From the human T2T-CHM13v2.0 reference genome, Homo sapiens, in assembly GCF_009914755.1 (NCBI RefSeq), contig NC_060929.1: DNA of 64,000 nt, one strand, 5' to 3'. The notes beneath the pieces were generated by a model that worked only from the letters and a program-made list of their open reading frames with translations, made no database searches and had not been told where the DNA came from. Shown here piece after piece: positions 51,293-64,000 of the stretch. The position numbers and the translations under genes were made by a program. The number at the start of each line of letters is the position of its first letter. Positions within the stretch are counted from its first letter, which is position 1.

Positions 51293-53135
51293 CTAAAATG
51301 AAAAGTACAGAAACAAAAAGTCACACGCTGCAAGTATATAAATGGTTGGGATGCAATTCAGCTCAGAATCTTTCTGTGGCTACTATGGTAAGCAAGTGTT
51401 ATAAACTGAAAAATGATTAAAATTATTTTGTTTTTATTTGCCTAACTATATTGGCCCAAATTATGTCTAAGTCAATCTATTTTGTTTTAAAAATTATAAC
51501 AATCTATATTAATTTTGTTATGATATGTCTTACAAAAATTAAGTCGGAATTCTAATTTTTTCCAGGTTAGAATCAGCTTGGACCATCATGATCTCCCCAT
51601 CCCTCATTCCCCCTGCATTACTTATTGGTCTGAAGAGGTTTCACTGCTATGTTTGACACAGCCTGGAAGCTCACCAGGATGTTCACTTAAACACACACCT
51701 AAGTACAGACAGGAAAGATGGTGAGTTGAGTCCCAGCAGACTGCTGTCTAGAAACCCACCCCAAGAATGGGAGCTGTGAATCTGGTCACAGATTTGGGAT
51801 GGAGAAGGGTCATTGGCTCAATTCAATACTCGGTCTTCATTAAGAGTGAGAAAGAGTCAGCCAGGTATTCAGACACCAGATTAATTGATTTCCTTCCTCC
51901 TAGGACTGAGAAGGGGTTTTGCAAAAGTTGTCATAAAACAAAACATGCCAGGAACCTAAGCCAAGAAAACAGACTATTTGCTGTGTCACTGTCACTTGGA
52001 CTGAAACTCAGTGGACAACTCTTGCCAGGTCTAGGAGGTACAAACTAAGATGAATTGGCTTTAATAATTAAAGGAAATAACTGTGCTGGCCCGGGATACA
52101 AAGTCAGATGGGTAGGTTAAATCCGCTCCAGGGAATTTCATACTATTGTGGCAGCTGAGGCTACCAGGCCAAGAAGGCATCTACACTGTCACCGTGGTCA
52201 CCACTCCTCTGCCATTGAAATGCAAGCCGTTTTGATGCTGCTTCTATTTTCTTAAGTGATTTCCCCCTTTTCTGTTTCTTTGGTGTACAATAAAGTTCAC
52301 TAAGAATGTCTCCACCCTCTGAAGCTGTTTCAAAGGCAACTAGATACGGTGGTATCAAGGCAATGGGAATAAAATGGGTAAAGTCCAAGAAATTGGTAAA
52401 ACTTAGGAAGACAGAGAATCATATGAAATTATCCTTCCAGGCACAAGTCTGTGCTTAAATATTAGAATTGGGTGTGGGGCAGGAGACAGTTTTCGTTTTA
52501 TGCCTTTTGAGATGCCATTTTCCCATTCTAGATAACCTTGAATACTCTGAATGTAGGGGCAGCACTAAGATGCAACTGTGTCCTTCTAGCGGAGAAGCAG
52601 GGCTCTACCATAACTAGAGCTCTGAGGCGGGATGTCAGTTAGAGGTCTCCGCCACAGCATCCTGACACTGCCTCTCTCCCTTGGTCCTCCAAGCCACCAG
52701 GGATGACCCTGACACACTTTGCTCTTCTTTCAAACTGCTCAACCCATTGTAAAGAGAGCACCTTTTTAGGTGAAACTCCCTAGAAATGCAGGTCTTCAAC
52801 TCTCCATGTATCTAGTGAAAAAATAAAACAACAAAAGAGACATAGCAAAGTCCCAGGAAGTATAGGAAGAAAACACATCTCCTGGCTTTTTAACGCACAA
52901 ATGGTCCCACCAGAATTCTCTGAAAATGCATGCTAGGTTTTAGCAGAAGAAACCTCTGTAGGAAAACACAGCTAGAGTTACTGTAAGAAGGTAGTTTAAA
53001 ATAAAGCATTAGGTAGTGTAGTTGGAGAAAATCTAACGAATGAAATGTAAACAATTAGGGTGTGTCCTCTCCCACCAAACAAAAACAAAACTGCTGGATT
53101 ACTTTTACGGTGCTGAAGTTGTTTCATGACTGTAC

Positions 53136-53207
53136 CTTGTCACCCTTCTTTACTGTCCTGGTTGTCAATTTACTGATGGCTTTCTTGGCTGCATCTCCGA
53201 GACGACG
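53136..53207 (-). CDS. RNF130: RNF130 exon 4 (72 nt): RRLGDAAKKAISKLTTRTVKKGDK, basic juxtamembrane segment
   Basis: tttcatag|CGT CGT ... GAC AAG|gtacag; phase 0/0; upstream exons lie beyond the window. Confidence 0.96.
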
Positions 53208-55569
53208 CTATGAAAATTGCAAATAAAAACAGATACTAAGTGTAAGATCTCTGAATGACGTACTTTATTTTTAAGCAATTAAAAGTATAAAGTCTCTATT
53301 TTACTACATCCCTCTCCATGTCCTACATATAAGAGAATGATAAAATAGAAAAAATGGTGGCTGTATCAAGATTCAGCATTCTGGTTGAAAAGTAAAAAGT
53401 GTTAGAACACCCTGTTAGGTCAAACAGAAATATAGAACTATAGGTCTTCAATTCTCCAGCAGTAAAAAAGTTAGGTGTCATAATTGCTGCATTTTGTGTC
53501 GAATAAACATTTGAAACATCACAGCACTATCAAACCTACTTCTTGCACACTCCAGAGCCACTCCTGCTGCTCCAATGGCTTTTGGATTCTGCTCAACGAA
53601 TGATCACCATTAGGTGTGTAAATGCCGTCTTATTAAGGGAAACCTTGACCGCTCCTTGAAATTGCTTATCGCATCATCAAGTGTGAAGAGAAGGAATGCG
53701 TCACAGCTCCACTTCTGGCTCGCTATACTATCATCCTCTGGGATCCTGGGAAGGTGTACTTACCTTCCAGGGTTGAGCTGTTTTCATTATCTGTAAGGGT
53801 GAGGGCAGAGAAACTCCAAGGCTGGATTTATGCAACATTCTCCCAGACACTGCTAGCACTGCTTGGCACCAACAACCCACAGATGAAGAGATGGTGATCC
53901 CTACCCTGGAAAAGCTCACTGAACTGGGACAGCTGCGTTAATGGTGTATACTCAAGCATGCCCAGGGCCAGGTGGCAGCACAGAGGAGGCGACTAGGAGG
54001 GGTGGGGCGAGGCAGGGGAGGAACGTCAGGGAAGGTCTTGAGGAGTCGAGGCCTGGACTAAGACTGGGAAGGGGTTAGATGGGAAAGGCGTAGGGTTAGG
54101 AGGGGGTTCCGGGTGTAGGGGTAGGAGTGGGTTCCAGGCAAAGTAATAATCTAGTAAAGATAAATAGGTGTAAAGAACAGGTATGTGAAGAAAACTAAGG
54201 TGAGCATCTGCTTTCCTGTTCAAATTAGAAAGCTTTGTGCATCAGAGGGCCCTAGGAACACTCACACTGGGACAAGGGGCAAAAACCGCGACTGTCCCAG
54301 GCACATCAGGGAGACGTCACTCTAGACACATCCAGGCCTTACACTGTGGGAAAAGGCAGATGCCGCTCCTGACGGAGCAAGGCGGGGACCAAAACAACGG
54401 ACACCTTAAGAATGTTAAAAACCCATAGAAACATGTAAGAAAAAATTTAGGGGAAAGTTTTAAACACACAAAAGAACAGAGAATGATTTAATAAAGCCTT
54501 CCCTATGTATCTAACATCCGGCTTCCATTACCAGTACTTTACTTCTATTTTTCATCTGTTTCCCTCTTTACTGTGTTAGATGATTTTGAAGCATATGGCA
54601 AGCATCACATAATTTCACCCATAAAATTTTCACTAAGCACCTCTAATAGACACGGGCTTTTGTTAGATGCCACTGTCTTTCCTAACAAAAGTAACAATGA
54701 TTAATCAACATTATCCAATACTCACACTATACTACAATTTCCCTAGGTGTTTACAGAATGTCTTTAAGCAGCTGGCTTGTTTGAATCAAGATACAAAATC
54801 CACACACTGCGTGTGGCTGCTCCGTCTTTGAAGCCTAATCTATGAGTCCCTTCTGTCACGCTGGTTTTAAACCACCTTATGGAGATATAATTGACTTAAA
54901 ATAGACTGCATATATTTAAAATCTACACCCTGACATATATTTAAAGTTACAGTTTGAAGTTGCATATGAAATCTACGCTGTTTTCATTACCCATGAAAAC
55001 CTAACTACAATCAAGACAGTGTATCTACCACATCCCCAAACTTCTTTGTGCCCCTTCCTAATTCCCTCCTCCCGCCACCCCATCCCTCCATGATCTACTT
55101 TTTGCTGTAACAGTCTGCAACATCATGAGTTTTACATAAATGGAATAGATACAGTATGTACTACTGTGTGTACGGCTTCTTTGACTCAGCATGATTATCT
55201 TGAGATTAAGCCACCTTGGTGCATGTTTCAACAGTTAACTCCTTTCTAATGTTATCTAGTATCCCACTGAAGAGATGGCCCACAATATCCTTTCACCTGT
55301 TGATGGGACATCTGCACTGTGGTCCAGTTTTTGGCTGTACTGAAAAGCTGACAACAACATTCTCAATTCTTTGCATGGACATATGCTTTCTTTTTTCCTG
55401 AGGTAAATACTGCAAGTAGAAAGATGGGCTCACCTGATAGTTGTCTGACTTTTATTTAAGAGACTGCCAAAGTGTTTTCCAAACTGGGCATATTATTTTA
55501 CATTTGCAACAGCAATACATGAAAATTATAGTTCCTCCACATTCTCACCAACACTTGGTATGGTGAGAT

Positions 55570-55890
55570 TTTGTGTTTTGTTTTGTTTTGTTTTGTTTTT
55601 AAGACAAGGTCTTGCTCTGCTTCCCAAACTGGAGTACAGTGGTGCAAACACGGCTCACTGTAGCCTTGACCTCTGGGGCTCACTCAAGTGATTCTCCAGC
55701 TTCAGCCTCTGGAATAGCAGGAACTACAGGGGTGCACCACCATGACCAACTGATTTTTTATTTTTATTTTTGTAGAGACGAGGTCTCACTATGTTGCCCA
55801 GGCTGGTCCGAAACTTCTTGGCTCAAGCAATCCTCTCACTTTGGCTTCCCAAAATGCTGAGATTACAGGTGTGAGCCACGGCACGCAGCC
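55570..55890 (-). mobile_element. AluJ
   Basis: Antisense Alu with (TTTTG)n tail. Confidence 0.9.
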
Positions 55891-55959
55891 TCCTTACAGT
55901 TTTAATTTGCATTTCCCTATTGTAATGATGTTGACCATCTTTTCATGTACTTATTGGCC

Positions 55960-56055
55960 ATGTGTACATTGTCTGTGGTGAAGTGTCTGTTCATGTGTTT
56001 TGCCTATATGTGTACATTGTCTGTGGTGAAGTGTCTGTTCATGTGTTTTGCCTAT
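55960..56055. repeat. Perfect 48-bp tandem duplication
   Basis: atgtgtacattgtctgtggtgaagtgtctgttcatgtgttttgcctat at 55960 and 56008. Confidence 0.97.
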
Positions 56056-56937
56056 ATTTCTGAGTTGTTTTGTATTATTGACTTTTGAGAGAACATTATA
56101 TATTCCAGATAAAAATCCTTTTGCATGTATTTCCCCTCACTTTATGGCAGTTTTTAATTTGATGAAGTCGATTAATCATTTTTTCATTGGTAGACTGTGC
56201 TCTAGTATCATATTAAGGAAGCTTTGCCTATTTCAAGGTTACAAAGACTTCCCCGTTTTCTCTTCTAGAAATTTTATAGTTTCGTACTTTGTATTTAGGG
56301 TTCTGACTCATTTTGTGTATTCTGTCAGGTACAGATGAACTTTTTTTTTTTTTTTTTTTTGCATATGGACATACAATTGTTCTAGAATCATTTGTTGAAA
56401 AGGTTGTCCATTCTCCACAGAATTACCTTTCTAAATCTGTCAAAAACCAGTTGTCCATAAATATGTGGGTCTATGTGCGGACACTATTGTACCATGCATC
56501 TATTTGTTTACCATTAAGGAAATACAATCCTGTCCTGATTTCTGAGGCTTTGTAATAGATCTGAAATTAGGTGGTGTTAACCATCCCACATTTCCTTTCT
56601 ATTCTAACATCCTTGTGGTTTTTCTTGATATTTTGCATTCCCATATGAACTTTAGGATCAGTTTGTCCATCTCTATGATAAAAGACATCAGGGATTTACA
56701 ATGAGATTGTGCTGAATGTATACATCCACTTGGGGAGAACTGGCATCTTAACAACATTAAGTCTTCCACTGAACACTGTGTATGTGTCTCTCCACCTACT
56801 TAGTTCTTGATTAATTTCCTCAGCAATAGTTAGTTTTCACTACATAGGGCATATTGCATATTTTGTCAGATTTATTGTTAAGAATTTCCTATTTGTTGAT
56901 GCTATGGAAAATGGGATTTCTTAAAATTTAACTTTCT

Positions 56938-57050
56938 TAGAGATAGGGTCTTGTTATGTTGCCCAGGCTGGACTCAAACTCCTGGGTTCAAATAATCTTC
57001 CTACCTCAGCCTCACAAGTAGCTGGAACTACAGGTGTGCACCATCTGCTT
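56938..57050 (-). mobile_element. Partial Alu monomer
   Basis: agagatagggtcttgttatgttgcccaggctgg... Confidence 0.8.
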
Positions 57051-57792
57051 GATGAAAATGCATTTTTTAAAACCAATTCAATTATTCATTACTCATATAT
57101 AGAAATAAAATTAATTCTTTCATATTGATCTTGTATCATGGAACCTTGTTAAATCTACTGTTGGTCTTTTTCATAGATTCCAACATATCTTCTACACGAA
57201 ATTTCTACAGAAAATAATGTTGTCTGTAAATGAAGACAGCTTACTTCTCCATTTCCACAATGGATGTCTTTTACGTCTTTTCCTTTTTACTTACTGTGCT
57301 GGCTAGAATCTAAAGAACAACGCAGAAACAGAAGTGATCAGAGGACACATTCTTCTCTTGTTCCTAATGTTAGAAAAAAGAATTTAGTCGTTCACCATTA
57401 AATATAATGGTGGCTGTCAGTTTTTCATAGATGCCCTAATAGTTTGAGGAAAGTTTAAAAATCAGGAATCGATGTTGGACTTCGGCAAATATCTTTTCTC
57501 CATCTATTGAGATCATACAGTTTTAGCTTTTTTGGCCTGCTAATATGGTAATAATACATTAATTTTTGAATGTTAAATGAAACTTATATTCCTGGAGTAA
57601 ACATCACCTGGTCATGATGAATTTATATATATTGTTAAATATAATTTGCTAAATTTTTTAGAATTTGTGCATCTATGTTCAAGAGGGGTCCTGGTCTGTA
57701 GTTTTGTTTTGTAGTAGTTCTGTCTAGTTTTGGTATTAGGAATGATACTGGTGCCATACAATGAAATTGGAGGTATTCCTGCCTTTTCCATA

Positions 57793-58002
57793 TAAGTTAA
57801 GCATTTGAAATTAAAATCTGAAATGCTCCTAAGTATGAAACATTTCCAGTGCCAACATGAAACTCAATGGAAATGCTCACTAGAGCATTTTGCATTTCAG
57901 AATTTTGGATTTGGTATGCTCAAACGGTAAGTATAATGCAAATATTCCAGAATCTGAAAAATTTCTGGTCCAAAGCATTTTGGATAAAGGGTACTCAACC
58001 TA
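57793..58002. mobile_element. Tigger4 (Zombi)-type MITE
   Basis: TA-flanked; ends ggataaagggtactcaacct; aaatgctc internal repeats. Confidence 0.75.
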
Positions 58003-58025
58003 TAGTTTGTTTGATATTGTTATCA

Positions 58026-59815
58026 TAGCTGCCCCTTGAACAACATGGAAACACCCATTTCCATCAAGTCATCTCCTATTAATTTAATTACTCTGGTGTA
58101 GTATCTATTTGCTCTTGAATTTCTTCAACATCCTCATCTTGAAACCCTTTACCCCCTAACTTTTTTTTTTTTTTTTTTTTTTTGCCATATCCACAATCTG
58201 TTTCATGATTTCCTTGACTGGCTCTATCATAAATCCTGTGAAATCATGTACTACGTCTGGACACAGTTTTCTCCCATAGAAATCTTTTGTTTAGACTTTC
58301 ATGGCATTTCCTATAATAATAATGACATCTTCAACAGTGCCATCTTTCCAGACTTTTGTGATGTTTTATCTGGATTCTATTCTACAGCATTAAATGCTTT
58401 ACATAGCATACTGTGCATACTAAGCCGTAAGGGTCCTTAGGACCCCCTGCTCTAGAGGTTGAATTAGAGGCATGTCTGGGGTCAAGAAGGCCACTCTGAA
58501 GCCTTCAGTATTGAATTCATGGGGTTCTGGGTGGCCAGGGGCATTATCCAATATCAAAAAAACGTTAAAAGGCAGTCCTACCCTGGCAAGGTACTTCCTA
58601 ATTTCAGGGACAAAGCACTGATAAAACCAATTCAGAGGGTTCCCACTATTCGGTCCTCCCTGTTTTGCAATTAAAAACCGGCAGATGGTATTTATAATTT
58701 CCCTTCCAGGCTGGTGTTTAGTAGCTTTATCAATAAGGGCAGTCTTGATCATAGACCTGACTGCATTTGCACAAAACAAATGCCTGAAGTCTTAATTCTC
58801 TCTTCTCTACCTTACTAATAAATGTCCTTTGTGGCACTTTCCCCCCAAATAGGGCACTTTCATCAATATTAAAAATCCGTTCACAAAAATAACCTTTCTC
58901 CTCAATGATTTTCTTAATGAAATCTGGGAACCTGACTTGACTGCTACTTCTTGATCGTCAAAAGCTACTTCTCCTGTTATCTTGTCATTTTTAAAGCCAA
59001 ATCTCTTTCTAAACTTTTCAAACTAACGTTTGCTGCCATTAAATTCTCCAGTGCTATATCCTTTGCTTTCCTTTTAAGTTGTCATATAATGACTTTTCTT
59101 TTCCTCAAATCACATTGGATACTACAGGTATGCCTTCCTTATAGAAATCCTGCACCCACATAAAGGCTGCAAAAGGTATTTAGCAAAAAGTATAAAGTTT
59201 TTGTGCCTGTTGGTGTAGCTATAGCAATGGCTTCATGAATAGATTTTTCTGTCCTTTTATGTGTTTTACAATGATATGCTAAGTCATTCTTTGTGAAATG
59301 GCAGCACCTGCAGCTGAAGACCTCTATCTATGGTACAAATCAAGCAATACAACTTTTTCTTGTAACGTCATGACTTCTCTCCGCTTCTTGGGAGCATTTC
59401 CAGCAGCACTATGGCACTTCATACAGGTCCCATGGTGTAATATTCAAGATTCATGATACTGCACTAAACACATTGAAAACTATGTGAGAACCACAAGAGG
59501 TCACTTTTACTGCAATAATCAACCTAATGGAGGGACGAACTACTCATAAGCGTATGTCACATGACATTTCAAGTGGACACTGGCAACACTGGTGATCACA
59601 ATAGCAACAGGTGGCTATGAAATTATTACATTAATACAGTACGTACTACTGTTAATTTTATGCGGTTATGATTTAACATGGTTTACATTTCTTCCAACTG
59701 TGAATGGTGCCATGTATTTGTTTTAATAATTTTTAACTTTTTACAATGGATTTTTGTATATTTTATGATAGTAAATGATCAAATAGACTAGTATCTACAT
59801 GTATTTTATACATGA
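58026..59815 (-). mobile_element. Tigger2-like pogo DNA transposon with decayed transposase
   Basis: TIR-like agctgccccttgaacaaca; ORF 58420-58779 has WFYQCFVPE...LILDNAPGHP...LIQPLEQGV (DDE_1-type); RKVMTLQEKV-like HTH start near 59350-59430. Confidence 0.85.
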
Positions 59816-60179
59816 TGACATATATTTCTCCATTTTTCTGTGATCTCTTCAATTTCTTTCATCAGTATTTGAGAATATTGGTTAAATTTATTATTCTTAT
59901 GTATTTTATTTTTATGTGACTATTGCAAATAGGACTGCTTTCTTGATTTCCTTATTACCCAGTTTGTTACTGGTGTACAGAAATGATACTAACTTTTGTA
60001 CACAAACTTTGTATTCTCCAACTTTACTGAATTTATCAGGTTTATGAGTTTTTGGTGAACTCTTTGTTTTTTTTCTACATATGGTCACATAACCTGAAAA
60101 GGGAGACAACTAACATTCTCTTTATGATATGGATGCCCCTTCCTCCCTTCCTCCTTTCCTTCCTTCCTTTCTTTCTTCT

Positions 60180-60495
<316 letters not shown>

Positions 60496-61981
60496 TGACT
60501 GCTCCGGCTATGACTTCCAGCACTATGTGGAACAGAGGGGGTGGTAGGTAGAAGTGGGCATCCTTGTCTTGAACCAGTTCTTAAAGGAAAGTCTTTCAGC
60601 TTTTCCTAATCAATATGATGTTAGCTGTGGGTCATGTGTATCTTTCACTATATTGAAGTATGTTACTTCTATACCTAATTTGCAAAGAGTGTTGAATTTT
60701 ATCAAACGCCTTTTCTGTGTCTATTGAGAATCTGGTATTTGTTGTTCCTTTATTCTGTTGATGTGAAACATCATGACTATTGACTTGCAAATGCCAAAAC
60801 ATCCTTCTATCCCCGGGACAAATCCCACGTTATATTGCTGTATTATCTTTTTGATGTGTTGTTGGATTCACTTTGCTTCGTACTGGGTTGAGGCTTTTTG
60901 TGTCTATGTTCAAGGACATTGGCCTGCCATTTTCTTATTTCGTTGTGCCCTTGTCTGGTTTTAATATTGGAATAATTTGGGTCTGGTAGAATGAGTTAGA
61001 AAGAATTCTCTCTTCTTTCATTTTTTGAAATAGTTTCAGAAGAACTGACGTTAATTCTCCTTTATAAATTTGATAGGATTTGGCAGTAAAGCCATCTGGT
61101 CCTGAGTTTTTGTTGAGGGATCATTACTATTTATTGTTCTGTTCATGTTTTCTATTTCTTCTTGGTTCAATGTTGGTAGGTTGTATGTGGCTAGGAATGT
61201 ATCCATTTTCTCTAGGTTTTCCAGTATGTTAGTGTATAATTCTTCACAAACCTCTAATGATCCTTTGTATTTTGTTGGTTTCAGTTGTAATGTCTCCTTT
61301 TTCACTTCTGATTTTATTTGAGGCTTCTTTTAGCCATTTATCTATTGAAAAACCAAATTTCATTGTGTTGATCCTTTGTATTGTGTTTTTAGTCTCTGTT
61401 TCATTTAGTTCTATGCTGATCTTTATTATTTCTTTCATTCTACCAATTTTGGGTTTGGTTTATTCTTGCTTTTCCAGTTCCTTGAGGTGCATAACTGGGC
61501 TCTTCATTTGAAATATTTCTAATTGTCTGATTTAGGCATTCATTGCTATAAACACTTCCCTCTTAGCAATGCTTTTGCTGTATCTTGTAGGTTTTGGTAT
61601 GTTTTATTTCCATTTTCATTTATTTCAAGAACTTAAGAAATATCTCTTAATATATTCATCAACCTTATGGCAGTGATCATGTTGTTTAGTTTCCACGTAG
61701 ATACTGTTTCCAAAGTTCCTCTGGTTATTGAGTTTTATTCCACTGTGTTCTAAGATGCATGATATGATTTCTATTTTTAAAAATTTGTTGAGACTTGTTT
61801 TGTGGTCTAATATATAGTGTTTCTAAACAATGTTCCATATGTTGAGGAAAATGTGTATTCTGCAGCAATTTGATACAGTGTTCTGTAAATGTCTGTTACG
61901 TCCATTTGGTATATAGTACAGTTCAAATCCAAGTATTCTGTTAATTTCTGTCCAGATGATCTGTCCAATGTTGACAGCGGG

Positions 61982-62348
61982 TGTATTAGTCCGTTTTTAT
62001 GCTGCTATGAGGAAATACCCCAGACTGGGTAATTTATAAAGAAAAGAGGTTTAATCAACTCAGTTCCGCATGGCTAAGAAGGCCTCAGGAAACTTACAAT
62101 CATAGCAGAAGGCACCTCTTCACAGGGCAGCAGGAGAGAGAATGAGTGCCAGCAGGAGAAACGCCAGACGCTTATAAAACTATCCCATCAGATCTTGTGA
62201 GAACTCACTCTCTATCACGAGAACAACATGGAGTTAACCACCCTCATGATTCAGTTACCTCCCACTGGGTCCCTCACATGACACATGGGGATTATGGGAA
62301 CTATAATTCAAGATGAGATTTGGGTGGCGACACAGCCAAATCGTATCA
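61982..62348 (-). mobile_element. THE1 (MaLR) solo LTR
   Basis: tgtattagtcc ... gagatttgggtggcgacacagccaaatcgtatca is the reverse complement of THE1; near-TSD gcggg/gccgg. Confidence 0.88.
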
Positions 62349-63023
62349 GCCGGATACTGAATTTCCCAACCATTATTGTATTGGAGTGTATCTATCCCTT
62401 GAGGCCTAGTAATATTAGCTTTACTTATTTATGGGTGCTATGGTGTTGGGTGTATAAATATTTTGAATTGTCATATCCTCCTGCAGAATTGATCCCTTCA
62501 CTATTATCTATTTACGTTTTTTAATTTTTATTTTTTACATAACGTCTGTTTTATCTGGCATAAGAATAGCTATTCTTACTGCTTTTGCTTTCTGTTTGTG
62601 TAGCATGTTTTTCTCTACCCCTTCACTTTCAGTCGATCTGTGTGTCTAGGTATCACACAGTTGTGTCATTTAAAAAAATCTATTCAGTCAGGCTGTATCT
62701 TTTAAGCGGAGCATTTGATCCATTTAGGTTCAAGGTTAACATTGATATATGACATCTTGTTACTGAAATATATTGTTATCTAGCTGTTTTGTAAATTCTT
62801 TGTTTTATTTTTTCTTCTGTCTTTGTGGTTTCATGGAGTTCTATCATGGTGCCATTTGATTCCTTTCTCTTCTTCGTGTAATTGTTTTATGAGACTTATT
62901 AATTTTATACTTTCATGTGTTTTTATGATGGCAAATATCAACCTTTTGTTTCCATGTCTGGGACTCCTTTGAGCCTCTACTATAGTATTAGTCCAGTGGT
63001 GATGAATTCTCTTAGTGTTTGCT

Positions 63024-64000
63024 TGTAGGGTCCAGCCCCACGGGGTTGGTGGGTTTTTCTCCCCATGTGTGGAGACGAGAGATTGCAGAAATAAAGACAC
63101 AAGACAAAGAGATAAAAGAAAAGATAGCTGGGCCCGGGGGACCACTACCACCAAGATGCGGAGACCAGTAGTGGCCCCGAATGCCTGGCTGCACTGTTAT
63201 TTATTGGATACAAAGTAAAAGGGGCAGGGTAAAGAGTTTGAGTCACCTCCAGTGACTGATAAGGTCACGTGAGTCACATGTCCACTGGACAGGGGGCCCT
63301 TCCCTGTTAGGTAGCCGAGGCGGAGAGAGAGAGGACAGCTTACGTCATCATTTCTTCTATGCTCTTTTCAGAAAGATCAAAGACTTTAACACTTTCACTA
63401 ATTTTGCTATTGCTATCTAGAGGGCGGAGCCAGGTGTACAGGATGGAACATGAGAGCGGACCAGGGGCGTGACCGCTGAAGCACAGCATCACAGGGAGAT
63501 GGTTAGGCCTCCAGATAACTGCGGGTGGGCCTGACATCAGTCGGGCCTTCCACAAGAGGTGGTGGAGCAGAGTCTTCTCTAAACTCCCCCAGGGAAAGGG
63601 AGACTCCCTTTCCTGGTCTGCTAAGTAGCGGGTACATTTCCTTGGCACTGACAGCTACCGCTAGACCATGGTCCGCTTGGTAATGGGCGTCTTCCCAGAC
63701 ACTGGCGTTACCGCTAGACCAAGGAGCCCTCTGGTGGCCCTGTCTGGGCGTGACAGAGGGCTCACACTCTTGTCTTCTGGTCACTTCTCACCATGCCCCT
63801 TCAGCTACTATCTCTGTATGGCCTGGTTTTTCCTAGGTTATAATTGTAGAGTAAGGATTACTATAATATTGGAATAAAGAGTAATTGCTACAAACTAATG
63901 ATTAATGATATTCATATATAATCATATCTATGATTTACATCTAGTATAATTCTTGTTATTTTATAATATTGGAATAGCTCGTGCCCTCGGTCTCTTGCCT
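63024..64000 (-). mobile_element. LTR13-family (HERV-K-related) LTR, 5' end just beyond the window
   Basis: Minus strand reads aggcaagagaccgagggcacgagct... and ends ggggctggaccctaca, matching recalled LTR13/13A. Confidence 0.85.

Larger units (their letters stand above)
54865..57790 (-). mobile_element. Old L1M 3' part, minus strand, with nested Alus
   Basis: Antisense L1 3'UTR/ORF2 phrases (cctccacattctcaccaacacttggtat, gttttaatttgcatttccct). Confidence 0.8.

Noticed and set aside
63593-63613. Perfect inverted repeat ggaaagggag-a-ctccctttcc
   Set aside because: As I recall it is part of the LTR13 consensus, so not locus-specific.

Overview
Human (primate) genomic DNA, not microbial: Alu/L1/LTR-rich with short GT-AG exons. 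The minus strand carries the 3' half of RNF130 (Goliath, PA-TM-RING-H2 E3 ubiquitin ligase; 5q35.3 from recall). Six coding exons (53136-53207, 51210-51292, 43417-43513, 39813-40017, 36478-36571, 28661-28676) splice in frame to RRLGDAAKK...RING-H2...second hydrophobic helix...NANEVEWF*, followed by a 3'UTR with two poly(A)-signal regions. Exon numbers 4-9 are from my recall of the 9-exon gene. The first ~28 kb are mostly fragmented old L1 with nested Alus, two processed pseudogenes (RPS15A, DNAJB6 short isoform) and a third unidentified mRNA-like insert. The last ~10 kb (intron 3) hold L1, Tigger4, Tigger2, a THE1 LTR and LTR13. I see no evidence for a new multi-gene system. The best second-look items are a ~180-bp inverted templated duplication, a target site reused by two retro-insertions, a young 16-bp VNTR, an L2-derived poly(A) signal, an exon-skip switch that removes the second TM helix, a human-specific AluYa5, and two gene-sense intronic LTRs. 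Repeat boundaries and subfamily calls were made by eye and are approximate.
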